In this document: one piece after another, positions 10,155 to 19,988 of the stretch
Position numbering within the stretch: the stretch's first letter is position 1
How the letters are laid out: every line of letters begins with the position of its first letter
From: an uncultured Desulfosarcina sp.
GTDB lineage: Bacteria > Desulfobacterota > Desulfobacteria > Desulfobacterales > Desulfosarcinaceae
Direction: 5' to 3'
DNA: 64,000 nt
Assembly (NCBI GenBank): GCA_963674945.2
Contig: CAXXWQ010000004.1
Location: forward strand, 384,001 to 448,000
The notes under the pieces: model-generated
Database searches by the model: none
What the model was told of the DNA's origin: nothing
What the model saw: the letters and a program-made list of their open reading frames with translations, nothing else
Program-made: the position numbers and the translations under genes

Positions 10155-11915
10155 TTACCGGGGCCGTTCAGGGGCTTTTATATCCACACGCAAACCCCGA
10201 AGCCGGTGGATTGCCCCTGCCAATTCCAAAGATCGGGGCAACGCGAGAAAAACAGAGCGTTCGTCCCCTTTGCACAGATCATCGAGCCCTTTTTCCTGAA
10301 TCTGTCTGAACAGGCAAAGAGCCAGTTCGGAAGGAGAAAGCAGGGCATCCGAAAATTTCTTCCTGGCCAAAACCAATGCATAGCCGATGGCGAGGAGCTG
10401 ATGGGGATCGACCAGGGAAGCGAGTTTCGAAAGGTCCAGCAGTTCATCACCGTATTCCAAGACCTTGTCCTGCAGGCGGAGCGGTTTGATTCTCACGGCG
10501 ACGGTCCTTGCCAGGCGCCGTGCATGATACGACGGATCAAAATTATCTGCCAGGACCCGCCGGTTGTCGGCGATGACCATGGACCTATCAGGCCGTTGTG
10601 GTTTGGGCAGATCAAGCGCGGCCAACTGTGCCATCATGGAAACGGGTTGATAATACCGCATTGCGATGACTTGTCCGGCGACGCCGAGGTATTGGGAACT
10701 GCCGCCGACGGCGATGAGAGTACTGACACCGTAACGGTCGGCAAGTTCTTGGACACGGTCGAAAAACGGGGTAATGGTCTCTTCCGGTATCAATTTCCGC
10801 ATATGTTGATCTTTTACAAGGAAGTTGGTGGCCGATGAATCCTCGTCCACCAGCAACAGCTTGGCACCGGCAAGCACGGACTCGACGATGGCGGCAGCCT
10901 GGGAAGTGCTCCCGCTGGCGTTGTCAGTCCAAAATTGGGTTGCATCCGCACCACTGGGCAGCTTATGGATAAAGGAGGATATGTCCAATCCGCGAACGGA
11001 TCTTCCCTCTTCGCAGCATACGAAAGCCGCGGCAGAATGAGTGACGACACGCTCTCGGCCATCCCCCGGAATGTGGGGATAAACCCCCTTGGCCAATGCG
11101 TCGAGGAGAGTGGATTTTCCGTGAAAAGCGCCGCCGATGAGGACGCTGACCCCACGCCGGATGCCCATGCCGCGCACCTGGCCGGCATTTGGCAGTTTTA
11201 CGGTAACGGCCAGGGCTTCGGGTGCCGAAAAGGAAATGGCGCCCTTGTCCATGGGTTGTTGCGATATGCCGGATCTTCTGGGCAGAATGGCACCGTCCCC
11301 CACGAAAGCCACAAGCCCCAGTGCATCCAATCGACCCTGAAGCCAGACCATGTCTTCCACGGTGTCACAGTGGCTCCGAATCTTGGACGCCCGACGGACC
11401 GACGCAAACAGGACATCAACGATCCCGGGTATCTCTTGGTCGAACATATGGGATGCCTGTCTTCCGAGGATCCGATTCTCCCTGGAGCCGGGCAAACTGA
11501 TGCGTATGGCGATGTGAACGAATTTTCGGCCGAAGGCGACAACATTGCGCTGTAGCACCTGGGGCGGCAATTGGAGGGGCTGAAAGGAACCGCTACCCAT
11601 GGCCCCCCTGTTCTGGCGCGCATGTTTTTCGACACCGCGGAAAACGGCCCGCAGCAGGTAATCCGCCGTGGCCATTCTTCGCGGTGCATTTTGCAGACAC
11701 GAAGCGGCCAGGCCAAGTTGAGCATACGAAAATCGAAGATGGCAGACCGATGCGGGATTGGCACCGGGACTGCCCTGGATGTGAATGAACCGAAGCGTAT
11801 ATCTACGGCAAGAAAAAACCCGGTCCAGCAGGCCTCCGTAATCGCCAAACTGTTTTCCCTCGAGGGTCTTGAGCAGGAAAACCAACTCTTTCATGGGGCG
11901 GGATGATGTGGACAT
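10155..11915 (-). CDS. ABC_ATPase (PF09818-like) P-loop ATPase of unknown function
   Basis: IGGAFHGKSTLL, GVYPHIPGDGRE.VVT, TDNASGSTSQAA, LLLVDEDSSATNF. Confidence 0.85.
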   Translation of the reverse strand: MSTSSRPMKELVFLLKTLEGKQFGDYGGLLDRVFSCRRYTLRFIHIQGSPGANPASVCHLRFSYAQLGLAASCLQNAPRRMATADYLLRAVFRGVEKHARQNRGAMGSGSFQPLQLPPQVLQRNVVAFGRKFVHIAIRISLPGSRENRILGRQASHMFDQEIPGIVDVLFASVRRASKIRSHCDTVEDMVWLQGRLDALGLVAFVGDGAILPRRSGISQQPMDKGAISFSAPEALAVTVKLPNAGQVRGMGIRRGVSVLIGGAFHGKSTLLDALAKGVYPHIPGDGRERVVTHSAAAFVCCEEGRSVRGLDISSFIHKLPSGADATQFWTDNASGSTSQAAAIVESVLAGAKLLLVDEDSSATNFLVKDQHMRKLIPEETITPFFDRVQELADRYGVSTLIAVGGSSQYLGVAGQVIAMRYYQPVSMMAQLAALDLPKPQRPDRSMVIADNRRVLADNFDPSYHARRLARTVAVRIKPLRLQDKVLEYGDELLDLSKLASLVDPHQLLAIGYALVLARKKFSDALLSPSELALCLFRQIQEKGLDDLCKGDERSVFLALPRSLELAGAIHRLRGLRVDIKAPERPR

Positions 11916-12183
11916 CGCCTTATCCCTTTATACGAAATTTTTGTCCTCTACACTGTTACCATGTAATGCGACAACCATAACCAATGCAAGAGAAAGAACA
12001 CCACCGGGTGCGGCAACGGCCTACCGTTTGAGATTGCCCTGTTACACCATGGTGGTACCACCCATGGGTCGATTATGGTATTGGTGGATCATCGGAGTCA
12101 ATAACACGATAAAATGTTTGTTTGCCTAATCCCCATCCTTTCTTTTACAATTAATAGATAATCAAATCACAGGAGGAACCTTC

Positions 12184-12636
12184 GTGAAAAAGATCGCTCT
12201 CGTTTTTCTGTTCAGCATGTGCATGGCCGGTACGGCAATTGCCCAGGGTGGACTGGTCAGTGTGAGAAGCAACCACAGTGTGCTGGTCACGGCAAACCGA
12301 CTAGAGAAGGCATTGAAGGAAAGAGAGATCACCGTGTTCGCACGAATCGACCATGCAAAAGGCGCCGATCGCATCGGGCAGCCCCTGGCGCCCACGTTAC
12401 TCGTCATTTTCGGAAGCCCTGCCATGGGTACGCCACTGATCCAGCGCAGCCGAACCATCGGTATCGATTTACCCTTGAAGGCCTTGATCTGGGAAGACCG
12501 TGCCGGACAGGTCTGGTTCACCTACAATACGCCGGATTACCTGACACATCGCCACGGGATCACCGAAATGGGGCCGCTTGTGGAAAAATTGGAACAAGCC
12601 CTGGCCGGCTTCGCCGCCGCAGCCACCCAGCCTTGA
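12184..12636 (+). CDS. Secreted DUF302-domain protein
   Basis: Signal peptide, VFARIDHA.GA, LLVIFGSP.MGTPL, IGIDLPLKALIWED; AGGAGG SD. Confidence 0.88.
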   Translation: MKKIALVFLFSMCMAGTAIAQGGLVSVRSNHSVLVTANRLEKALKEREITVFARIDHAKGADRIGQPLAPTLLVIFGSPAMGTPLIQRSRTIGIDLPLKALIWEDRAGQVWFTYNTPDYLTHRHGITEMGPLVEKLEQALAGFAAAATQP

Positions 12637-12645
12637 TGGTGCAGC

Positions 12646-15633
12646 GTGAACCGAAGCTCTTTTACCAACTATTTGCATCGAATCATCCATCGGCCCGCCT
12701 GGGTATTGGTACCCTGCGGCCTGATCACGCTCTTTTTCATCTGGCAGCTTCCCAAGCTCTCCTTTACCACATCCGTGTACGATCTCATCATCGAAGAGAT
12801 GGATGAATCGATTCGATACGACCAATTTTTGGCCCGGTTCGGCTCCGATGAAATCATACGAATCGTGGTGAAGGCCGACGATATCCTCGACCCGGCCACC
12901 TTTGCCAAGATCACCCAATTGTCCGATGCGGCAGCGCAGATCGACGGGGTGATCCGTGTAATCAGCCTGCCGGAGGTAAAGAAAAGTGTCGATCCGAAAA
13001 ACCAGTGGACAATGACCCAATTCGCATCGATGCTGATACCGGTTGAATTGTTCCACCGCAATCTGATTGCAGAAGATGGCAGAACCACCATCATCACACT
13101 GGTACTGGATGCCAGCACAAACAAGGACGATGCCATTTTCGCCGTCGAAGCGCTTTTTCGAACGACAGGCAAAGACCTGCGCCTCTATCAGACCGGCATG
13201 CCGCTGGTCTCGGAAGCGCTGGCGGCATACACGCGGCAGGACTTTTTCCACCTGACACCCATTACCATGGGGGTTATCGCCCTTCTCTTGACGGTGCTGT
13301 TCAGAAACCCCCAGTGCCTGGTTCTCCCCCTATCCTGTGTTACCCTGGCAATCTGCTGGACCTTCGGCCTGATGGCCACATGCGGTATTTCCGTCTCCAT
13401 GCTCACCATCATCGTTCCGGTCTTCCTGATCGCCGTGGGAACAGCCTATTGCCTGCATATCGCAAGCGAATATCTCCAACATGCAGCAAGCGGTGAATCG
13501 GCCCGTACCGCCGTGTTGACCACCTTCGACCGTCTTGCCTTTCCCGTCACGCTGGCCGTGGCCACCACCATATTCGGACTCGGCTCCCTAATCATCAATC
13601 GCATCGTCGCCATACAGGAATTCGCCATTTTCGCCGGTTTCGGCATGGTCAGCATGCTGATCATCGTTCTCACCTTTTTCCCGGCCATGCTCGCCTGCTT
13701 GCCGGCGCCCAACAGGATGAATACCGGCCAATCCTTCATCGATCGAAGTTGCAACCGATTGATAAAAACGATCGTCAACATAAATCTCAGGTATCGCAAA
13801 GCGACACTGATGGTCATGGGTGCCGTGTCCATCATCTGCGCGTTGGGCATGCTGCGGGTCCGCGTGGAAACCAATCCGGTGGCGTTTTTCAAGAGTGACA
13901 CAGAGGTGAGAAAAAACTTCACCGACTGCCACCGACACATGTCGGGAAGCTTTCCCATCAATGTGGTCATGTCCGCATCCGAGTCCGATTACTTTGAAAA
14001 TCCAGAAAACGTGGCCGCCATCGAAAGATTCCAAACATATCTGGACCGACTGCCCGGTGTGGACAAAACCATCTCTCTAGCCGACTACCTCAAGTTGGTA
14101 AACTACACCGTCAATGGATTCGATTCCCGTTTTTATACGCTCCCGCAAGAGGGTTATGAGCTTAGAATGTTGATGAACAATTTCAAGGTCCTTTTGGGAA
14201 ACGACCTGCTCAAACGATTCCTCAGCGCCGGCTACGACAAGGCCAACATTCTGATGCTGACCCACATTGCCAGTTCACGGCTTTTCCACGATACCCAGCA
14301 GCGGATACATACCCATGCAAAAAATGCCTTTCCCGATGACATTTCCGTGGATGTTACCGGCTTAGGGATTGTCATCGCCGCATCGAGCCACCTATTGACA
14401 TTGGGACAGATCAAGAGCCTTGCCATCTCCCTCGTTCTGATATTTTCCGTGATGGTACTTCTGTTTCTCTCCGGAAAAGTGGGCCTCATCGCAGTGGTTC
14501 CCAACCTGTTTCCCATCGTGGTGAATTTCGGCCTCATGGGTTTTTTGGACATTCCGCTGTCGGTGGCCACCAGCCTGATCGCCAGTGTGGCCATCGGTTT
14601 GGCCGTGGACGACACCATCCATTACCTCGTGCGCTACAACACGGAATTCAAGAAGGACTTGAACAAGGATCGGGCCATGCGGGAGACCCTCATGAGCGTG
14701 GGAAGGCCCATCGTGTTTACCTCGCTGACCATCAGTCTGGGATTTTCCGTTCTGATCTTCTCCCATTTTCAACCCACTGCCATCTTCGGTTTCCTAATGG
14801 TCGTAACCATGGTGTCTGCGCTTCTCGCCGATTTAATGCTGTTGCCGACCCTGATGATGCGCGTGGAATTGGTAACAGCATGGGATCTTCTGAAAATGAT
14901 GCCATCCTCCGGTGGCATTTCGCCGGCCACGGTCCATGAACTGAACCAGCCCCTTAATGCCATCAAGGTCGGGTCCGATTTTCTTACCATGATGGCACGG
15001 CAAGAAAAGCCACCGAGCCCGTCCCATCTGTCCAATGTCGCCCGGGAAATCGGCAATCAGGTCGCTAGGGCATCCCGGATTATCCAGCGATTGAGTGAAA
15101 TCGGACAGACACGGGGATTGGAAAAGGCCCCCCTTCAGGTCATCAAACCCATCAAGGATACACTGGCCGTGTTCGAAAACCAGTTGAAGCTGGAATCCAT
15201 CGGGCTGGATCTTTTCATCCAGCCCGAATTGCCGCCCATACGGGGTCATCGGAATCGTCTGGTTCAGGTTTTATGCAACCTTCTGGAAAATGCCAGAGAG
15301 GCCATCGCAGTCAGGAAGAACGCCGATGAAACGGAAAACAACGGCCATCGGATCACCATCGCGGCAAGAGAACAGAGCGGATCGGTTGTGATCACCGTCC
15401 GCGATACCGGTGCAGGCATTGCCGCCCACCACCTGCACCGCATCTTCGAGCCCTTCTTTACCACCAAATCCGATGGCCAGGGAAAGGGCCTGGGACTTTC
15501 CATCTGCCATGAAATCGTCCGGGACATGGGCGGCCGCATCACCGTGGAAAGCGATCCGGGGAATGAAACAACCGTGACGTTGATTTTTCCGGCCATCGCG
15601 TCAACCTTGCATTCGGGTGGACAAATAAAGTAG
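12646..15633 (+). CDS. MMPL/RND-family transporter fused to C-terminal histidine kinase (HisKA + HATPase_c)
   Basis: Two MMPL repeats (IAVGTAYCLH; IGLAVDDTIH), then H-box HELNQPLNAI, N-box NLLENAREA, G1 [17 protein letters not shown]2 GKGLGLSI in one 995-aa ORF. Confidence 0.88.
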   Translation: MNRSSFTNYLHRIIHRPAWVLVPCGLITLFFIWQLPKLSFTTSVYDLIIEEMDESIRYDQFLARFGSDEIIRIVVKADDILDPATFAKITQLSDAAAQIDGVIRVISLPEVKKSVDPKNQWTMTQFASMLIPVELFHRNLIAEDGRTTIITLVLDASTNKDDAIFAVEALFRTTGKDLRLYQTGMPLVSEALAAYTRQDFFHLTPITMGVIALLLTVLFRNPQCLVLPLSCVTLAICWTFGLMATCGISVSMLTIIVPVFLIAVGTAYCLHIASEYLQHAASGESARTAVLTTFDRLAFPVTLAVATTIFGLGSLIINRIVAIQEFAIFAGFGMVSMLIIVLTFFPAMLACLPAPNRMNTGQSFIDRSCNRLIKTIVNINLRYRKATLMVMGAVSIICALGMLRVRVETNPVAFFKSDTEVRKNFTDCHRHMSGSFPINVVMSASESDYFENPENVAAIERFQTYLDRLPGVDKTISLADYLKLVNYTVNGFDSRFYTLPQEGYELRMLMNNFKVLLGNDLLKRFLSAGYDKANILMLTHIASSRLFHDTQQRIHTHAKNAFPDDISVDVTGLGIVIAASSHLLTLGQIKSLAISLVLIFSVMVLLFLSGKVGLIAVVPNLFPIVVNFGLMGFLDIPLSVATSLIASVAIGLAVDDTIHYLVRYNTEFKKDLNKDRAMRETLMSVGRPIVFTSLTISLGFSVLIFSHFQPTAIFGFLMVVTMVSALLADLMLLPTLMMRVELVTAWDLLKMMPSSGGISPATVHELNQPLNAIKVGSDFLTMMARQEKPPSPSHLSNVAREIGNQVARASRIIQRLSEIGQTRGLEKAPLQVIKPIKDTLAVFENQLKLESIGLDLFIQPELPPIRGHRNRLVQVLCNLLENAREAIAVRKNADETENNGHRITIAAREQSGSVVITVRDTGAGIAAHHLHRIFEPFFTTKSDGQGKGLGLSICHEIVRDMGGRITVESDPGNETTVTLIFPAIASTLHSGGQIK

Positions 15634-15760
15634 AGTGATTTTTATTCACTACGTAACATAGATTGCTGAAATCGAACTTCCAAGGAAGAAGTTCGCGATA
15701 GACAATAAAAGACTTCTTACGAAGCCGACACAATTGCAGGGAAACAGGGAGGGCTGGCAC

Positions 15761-16699
15761 ATGTCCAAGACCTTGTACTGGATTCATGGAGGAAGCTGCG
15801 GTGGAGACACCTGGTCCCTTATGAATTCGGATACTCCCAACCCCATCGAGATGTTCGCGGCATCCGACATCCATCTGCTCTGGCACCAGTCCCTCACCAG
15901 CCTCTCCCCCCAAGGGCTATCAAAACTGAATCGGGACATCCTGTCTGGCCATCAGGACCTGGATATTTTGTGCGTAGAAGGATCCATCATCAGCGGCCCC
16001 GACGGTACGGGCCGATTCGATATGCTGCCGGAAGGCCCCAAGAAGAATTTCATCCATGATCTGGCCATGCGGGCCCGCGTGGTCCTTGCCGTGGGAACCT
16101 GCGCCAGTTTCGGCGGCATCGGTGCCGACAGCGAAATCATGGCAGGTGGCCTTCAGTTCAACAAATGGGAAATGGGTGGGCTGTTGGGGAAAGACTTCGT
16201 TTCCGCCGGCGGTTACCCGGTCATCAATCTGCCCGGATGCCCCTGTCACTGCGATGTCGTGGTGGGCACGCTGTCGGCCATCGCCGACGATGTGCCCGTA
16301 TCACTGGGCCACTACAACACACCGACGGACTGGTACGGCATGATGGTACACCAAGGGTGCACGAGAAACGAATACCACGAGTATCGCGTCGAGGAGAAGC
16401 GTTTCGGCGAACGTGGATGTCTCTTTTTTTACATGGGCTGCCACGGTCCCCTGGCCACCGGCCCTTGCAACAAGGCCCTTTGGAACCGACGTTCCTCCAA
16501 AACACGGGTCGGAGTGCCATGTTTCGGCTGCACGCGTCCGGATTTTCCCCAGCAATACCCCTTTTTCGAGACACGCAACATCGAGGGCATCCCCATAGAG
16601 CTGCCCGACGGGGTGAGCCGCGCCCATTACATGGCCTACAAGGGGATGGCCGCAGCCGCGGCACCCAGGCGGCTGCTGGAAAGGAAAACCAACATCTAA
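15761..16699 (+). CDS. hupU: Group 2 (sensory-type, HupU-like) [NiFe] hydrogenase small subunit
   Basis: No Tat signal. GGSCGGD, VGTCASFGG, NLPGCP, HQGCTR, CLFFYMGC, PCFGC and a HupU-like C-terminal tail (GIPIELPDGV...). Start ATG 15761. Confidence 0.8.
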   Translation: MSKTLYWIHGGSCGGDTWSLMNSDTPNPIEMFAASDIHLLWHQSLTSLSPQGLSKLNRDILSGHQDLDILCVEGSIISGPDGTGRFDMLPEGPKKNFIHDLAMRARVVLAVGTCASFGGIGADSEIMAGGLQFNKWEMGGLLGKDFVSAGGYPVINLPGCPCHCDVVVGTLSAIADDVPVSLGHYNTPTDWYGMMVHQGCTRNEYHEYRVEEKRFGERGCLFFYMGCHGPLATGPCNKALWNRRSSKTRVGVPCFGCTRPDFPQQYPFFETRNIEGIPIELPDGVSRAHYMAYKGMAAAAAPRRLLERKTNI

Positions 16700-16729
16700 C
16701 ATGAAACCGTTTTTACAACAGGATCGTTC

Positions 16730-18226
16730 ATGGCAGCGATAAAGAAGATCATTCCCATCAATCGTGTGGAAGGAGACCTGGAGATCTACCTGGAACTGGA
16801 CCGGGATAATATCGTTCGGACCGCAAAGAGTGTGGGCACGATGTACCGTGGTATCGAAAATCTCATGTCGGGACGCTCTCCGCTGGACAGCCTGGTCATC
16901 ACGCCCCGCATCTGCGGAATTTGCACCACGTCCCATCTGAATGCCGCCGCAATGGCGCTGGATGCGGCCTATGGTGTTACGATCCCCGCCGATGCACAAC
17001 GGCTGCGCAACGTCACATTGATGGTCGAGCAACTGCAAAACGATCTTCGTCACCTCTTCCTGCTGTTCATGCCCGATTTCACACGCCCCCATTACGCCCA
17101 CCATCCTCTTTTTGAATCGGCCCAACATCGATATCTCCCGTTGAAGGGAAAGACCGCCATTGCAACCATTCGAGAGACGCAGAATCTGATCGAAATCATC
17201 GCCATCCTGGGAGGACAATGGCCTCACTCCTCTTTCATGGTTCCCGGTGGTGTGGTCTCCGTTCCCAACCGGAGCGACATTGCACAGTGCCGGCAAATCT
17301 TGACCCGGTTTCGCAGATGGTATGAAAAAAGGATACTCGGTTGCAGTATCGATCGGTGGAAGACGATCCGGAACGAGGAACAGCTACAAGCGTGGCTGGA
17401 CGAAAAAGAACAGCACAAGAACGGGGAACTGGGTTTTCTCACCCGAATCTGTCTCGACAGCAGACTCCACAAGATCGGCCGCAGCCACGACAGATTCATC
17501 AGCGCCGGAGGCCCCGAACTGCCAACCGATGACGGGAATCTAACGCCCCTGTTTCCCGCCGGTGTGGTCTCCATGGAAGGCACCGAGCCCTTGGATCTGG
17601 AAATGATCACCGAAGACGTCAGCCACTCTTTTTTCAAAGATACCGATGGTCATCCCTTCGTCAGCCGAACCATCGCCGATACCCACACGACCGACGAAGA
17701 AAAATACTCCTGGGCCAAAGCCCCTCGATACAAAGGCAAAGCCGCCGAAACCGGCCCCTTGGCCGACCTTCTCATGGCAGACGATCCTCTTTTCGCCTCC
17801 TGGGTACGCTGCCATGGTGCAAGTGTCTTCGTTCGAGAGCTTGCCAGGATGGTACGACCGGCCCTGACCCTTCCCGTAATCGAACAATCCCTGGCCGGGA
17901 TGGACCATGCCGATGCCAGATTTTACACCGACTCTCTTAAACCACTGTCGGCGAAAAGCGTCGGCACCGTTTCGGCCCCGCGGGGTATGCTGGGCCATTG
18001 GTTGGTCATTGAAAACGGAAAAATCGCCAACTACCAGGTGATTACTCCCACGACCTGGAATGGTTCGCCTCGGGACAAGGCGGGTATCTGCGGACCGTGG
18101 GAACAGGCGATCACAGGAACGCGGGTAGATGATCCCGACAACCCGGTAGAGGTGGAACAGATCGTTCGATCCTTCGACCCTTGCATGGTGTGTACCGTTC
18201 ATGCGATTCAAATGTCTTCAAGGTGA
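16730..18226 (+). CDS. hupV: Group 2 (sensory-type, HupV-like) [NiFe] hydrogenase large subunit
   Basis: NRVEGDL, L1 PRICGICTTSH, APRGMLGHW, L2 SFDPCMVCTVH with only 7 residues after the His. Confidence 0.85.
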   Translation: MAAIKKIIPINRVEGDLEIYLELDRDNIVRTAKSVGTMYRGIENLMSGRSPLDSLVITPRICGICTTSHLNAAAMALDAAYGVTIPADAQRLRNVTLMVEQLQNDLRHLFLLFMPDFTRPHYAHHPLFESAQHRYLPLKGKTAIATIRETQNLIEIIAILGGQWPHSSFMVPGGVVSVPNRSDIAQCRQILTRFRRWYEKRILGCSIDRWKTIRNEEQLQAWLDEKEQHKNGELGFLTRICLDSRLHKIGRSHDRFISAGGPELPTDDGNLTPLFPAGVVSMEGTEPLDLEMITEDVSHSFFKDTDGHPFVSRTIADTHTTDEEKYSWAKAPRYKGKAAETGPLADLLMADDPLFASWVRCHGASVFVRELARMVRPALTLPVIEQSLAGMDHADARFYTDSLKPLSAKSVGTVSAPRGMLGHWLVIENGKIANYQVITPTTWNGSPRDKAGICGPWEQAITGTRVDDPDNPVEVEQIVRSFDPCMVCTVHAIQMSSR

Positions 18227-18232
18227 AGTAAC

Positions 18233-19558
18233 ATGGTGCATGCGTCCAACATCCCCATTCAAATCCAGATGCCGATGCGAACCACCTATCGATGGCCCAA
18301 CCGCTGTCGGTATTGCCAGGATCGCGAAAATTGTCCGGTACAGGATTTGGTGATGGAAAACGAGATTCTCAAAGAGGAAATCCGGGTCTCCCGGGAATCT
18401 GCAGAGATTACTGCAAGCCTGGTGGTCAAACAATTCGAAGCCACTGAACGGATTTTGCATCGCTATCAGGTAGCCGAAGAGAAGTACCGCAGCCTGTTCG
18501 ACAGCGGCCCCAACCCGATTTTCGTGCTCGAACCCACCGATCAGCGGATCCTGGACGTCAACCCGGCGGCACTGGCAGCCTATGGATACACCAAGAAAGA
18601 GCTCTTGGGACGAACATTCGGCGAACTGGGGGAATTCGAGATCCCCGAATTCGGACTGAAATCGGAGGTGCCTTCCGACTGGACCGACGGCTGTGTCATC
18701 CACCAGAAAGCCCGGCACGCGAAAAAAGACGGTACTCCCATCTATATCCGGGTGAAAGCCTGCCCCATTACATACCAGGAGCGGGAGGCGCTGATCGTAG
18801 GTGCCACCGACGTCACCGAGGCCATCGAGAGGGATGCCCAGGTCTTTCAATCCAGCAAAATGCGAACCCTCGGAGAGATGTCCGCCGGAATGGCCCACGA
18901 ATTGACCCAACCGCTCAACGCCATCAAAATCGGCAACGACTACCTGCGGCTGAAAATCCAAAAGGGACAGGAGATATCCAGCAGTGAGATCATCAAAATC
19001 TCCACTGCGGTAGCCGAACAGGTGCAGCGCGCCACGGACATCATCAATCGACTGCGCGCTTTTGGTCGAAAGCCCGATTTCAAGAAACAGCCGCTGAATA
19101 TCAACGACATCGTCAAGAATGTGTTGAAAATTATCGGTAACCAGCTATCGCTGGCCAACATCAATTTGATTTACGATCTTTCGGCGGATCTTCCGCCAAT
19201 CATGGCCAACCCGAATCATCTGGAACAGGTTCTGTTCAACCTGGTGACCAACGCCCGCGATGCCATCGGACAGGAGGCCGAAGATGTCGGGGAAGAACGG
19301 CTCCGGGAACTCATCATCGAGACATATACGGAAAAGGAGATGGTGGTGTGTGCCGTGGCGGATACGGGTGCCGGCATTGCCGATGAAAACCGCGATAAAA
19401 TTTTCGAACCTTTTTTTACGACCAAGGAGGTCGGCAAGGGCATGGGATTGGGGCTTGCCATCACCTATGGCATCGTCCGGGACTACGGCGGGAACATCAT
19501 CGTCAAAAGCAAAGTCGGAAAAGGAACACGGTTCGAATTGCGGTTCCCGAAAGCATAA
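18233..19558 (+). CDS. Cytoplasmic PAS-domain sensor histidine kinase
   Basis: PAS ([33 protein letters not shown]), H-box [13 protein letters not shown]1, F and G2 boxes; 6 bp after the large subunit. Confidence 0.92.
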   Translation: MVHASNIPIQIQMPMRTTYRWPNRCRYCQDRENCPVQDLVMENEILKEEIRVSRESAEITASLVVKQFEATERILHRYQVAEEKYRSLFDSGPNPIFVLEPTDQRILDVNPAALAAYGYTKKELLGRTFGELGEFEIPEFGLKSEVPSDWTDGCVIHQKARHAKKDGTPIYIRVKACPITYQEREALIVGATDVTEAIERDAQVFQSSKMRTLGEMSAGMAHELTQPLNAIKIGNDYLRLKIQKGQEISSSEIIKISTAVAEQVQRATDIINRLRAFGRKPDFKKQPLNINDIVKNVLKIIGNQLSLANINLIYDLSADLPPIMANPNHLEQVLFNLVTNARDAIGQEAEDVGEERLRELIIETYTEKEMVVCAVADTGAGIADENRDKIFEPFFTTKEVGKGMGLGLAITYGIVRDYGGNIIVKSKVGKGTRFELRFPKA

Positions 19559-19583
19559 CCATATCATTAGGACGATATGCAAT

Positions 19584-19955
19584 ATGACGAAAATTCTCAT
19601 CATCGATGACGAACAACCGTCCCTGCAGATGCTCAAACTCTATCTGGAGGTGTGTGGGCATGAGGTTTTCACGGCCGACAACGAATCCGACGGGATGTCC
19701 CTTTTCGACGTTCATCGCCCGCCCATCGTGCTCACGGATATCAAGATGCCGGGAAAGGACGGCTTTGCCGTGCTGCGGCAGGTCAAGGCCCTTGCACCTG
19801 CAACCCACATCATCGTCATTACCGGCCACGGTGACAGGGACTTGGCAAGGCAAGCCTTTGACTTCGATGCCAGTGCCTTTTTCAATAAGCCGTTGGACAC
19901 AGAGGCCTTGGAAGCCGAAATCAAACGGATCGAAAAGTCCCTGGAAAAAGAGTGA
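19584..19955 (+). CDS. Single-domain response regulator (receiver only)
   Basis: MTKILIIDDE, LTDIKMPGKDG phospho-Asp, ITGHGD, NKP. Start ATG 19584. Confidence 0.9.
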   Translation: MTKILIIDDEQPSLQMLKLYLEVCGHEVFTADNESDGMSLFDVHRPPIVLTDIKMPGKDGFAVLRQVKALAPATHIIVITGHGDRDLARQAFDFDASAFFNKPLDTEALEAEIKRIEKSLEKE

Positions 19956-19988
19956 TTGTCCGGGATTTTTACAAGAGAGAGAAGATGG

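Noticed and set aside
9777..10838. 353-aa plus-strand ORF
   Set aside because: Mostly antisense to the ABC_ATPase gene and spans a promoter region; no motifs. Shadow ORF.
12046..12067. Near-palindrome CCATGGTGGTACCACCCATGG upstream of DUF302
   Set aside because: Single instance with no recognisable regulator motif or second copy.
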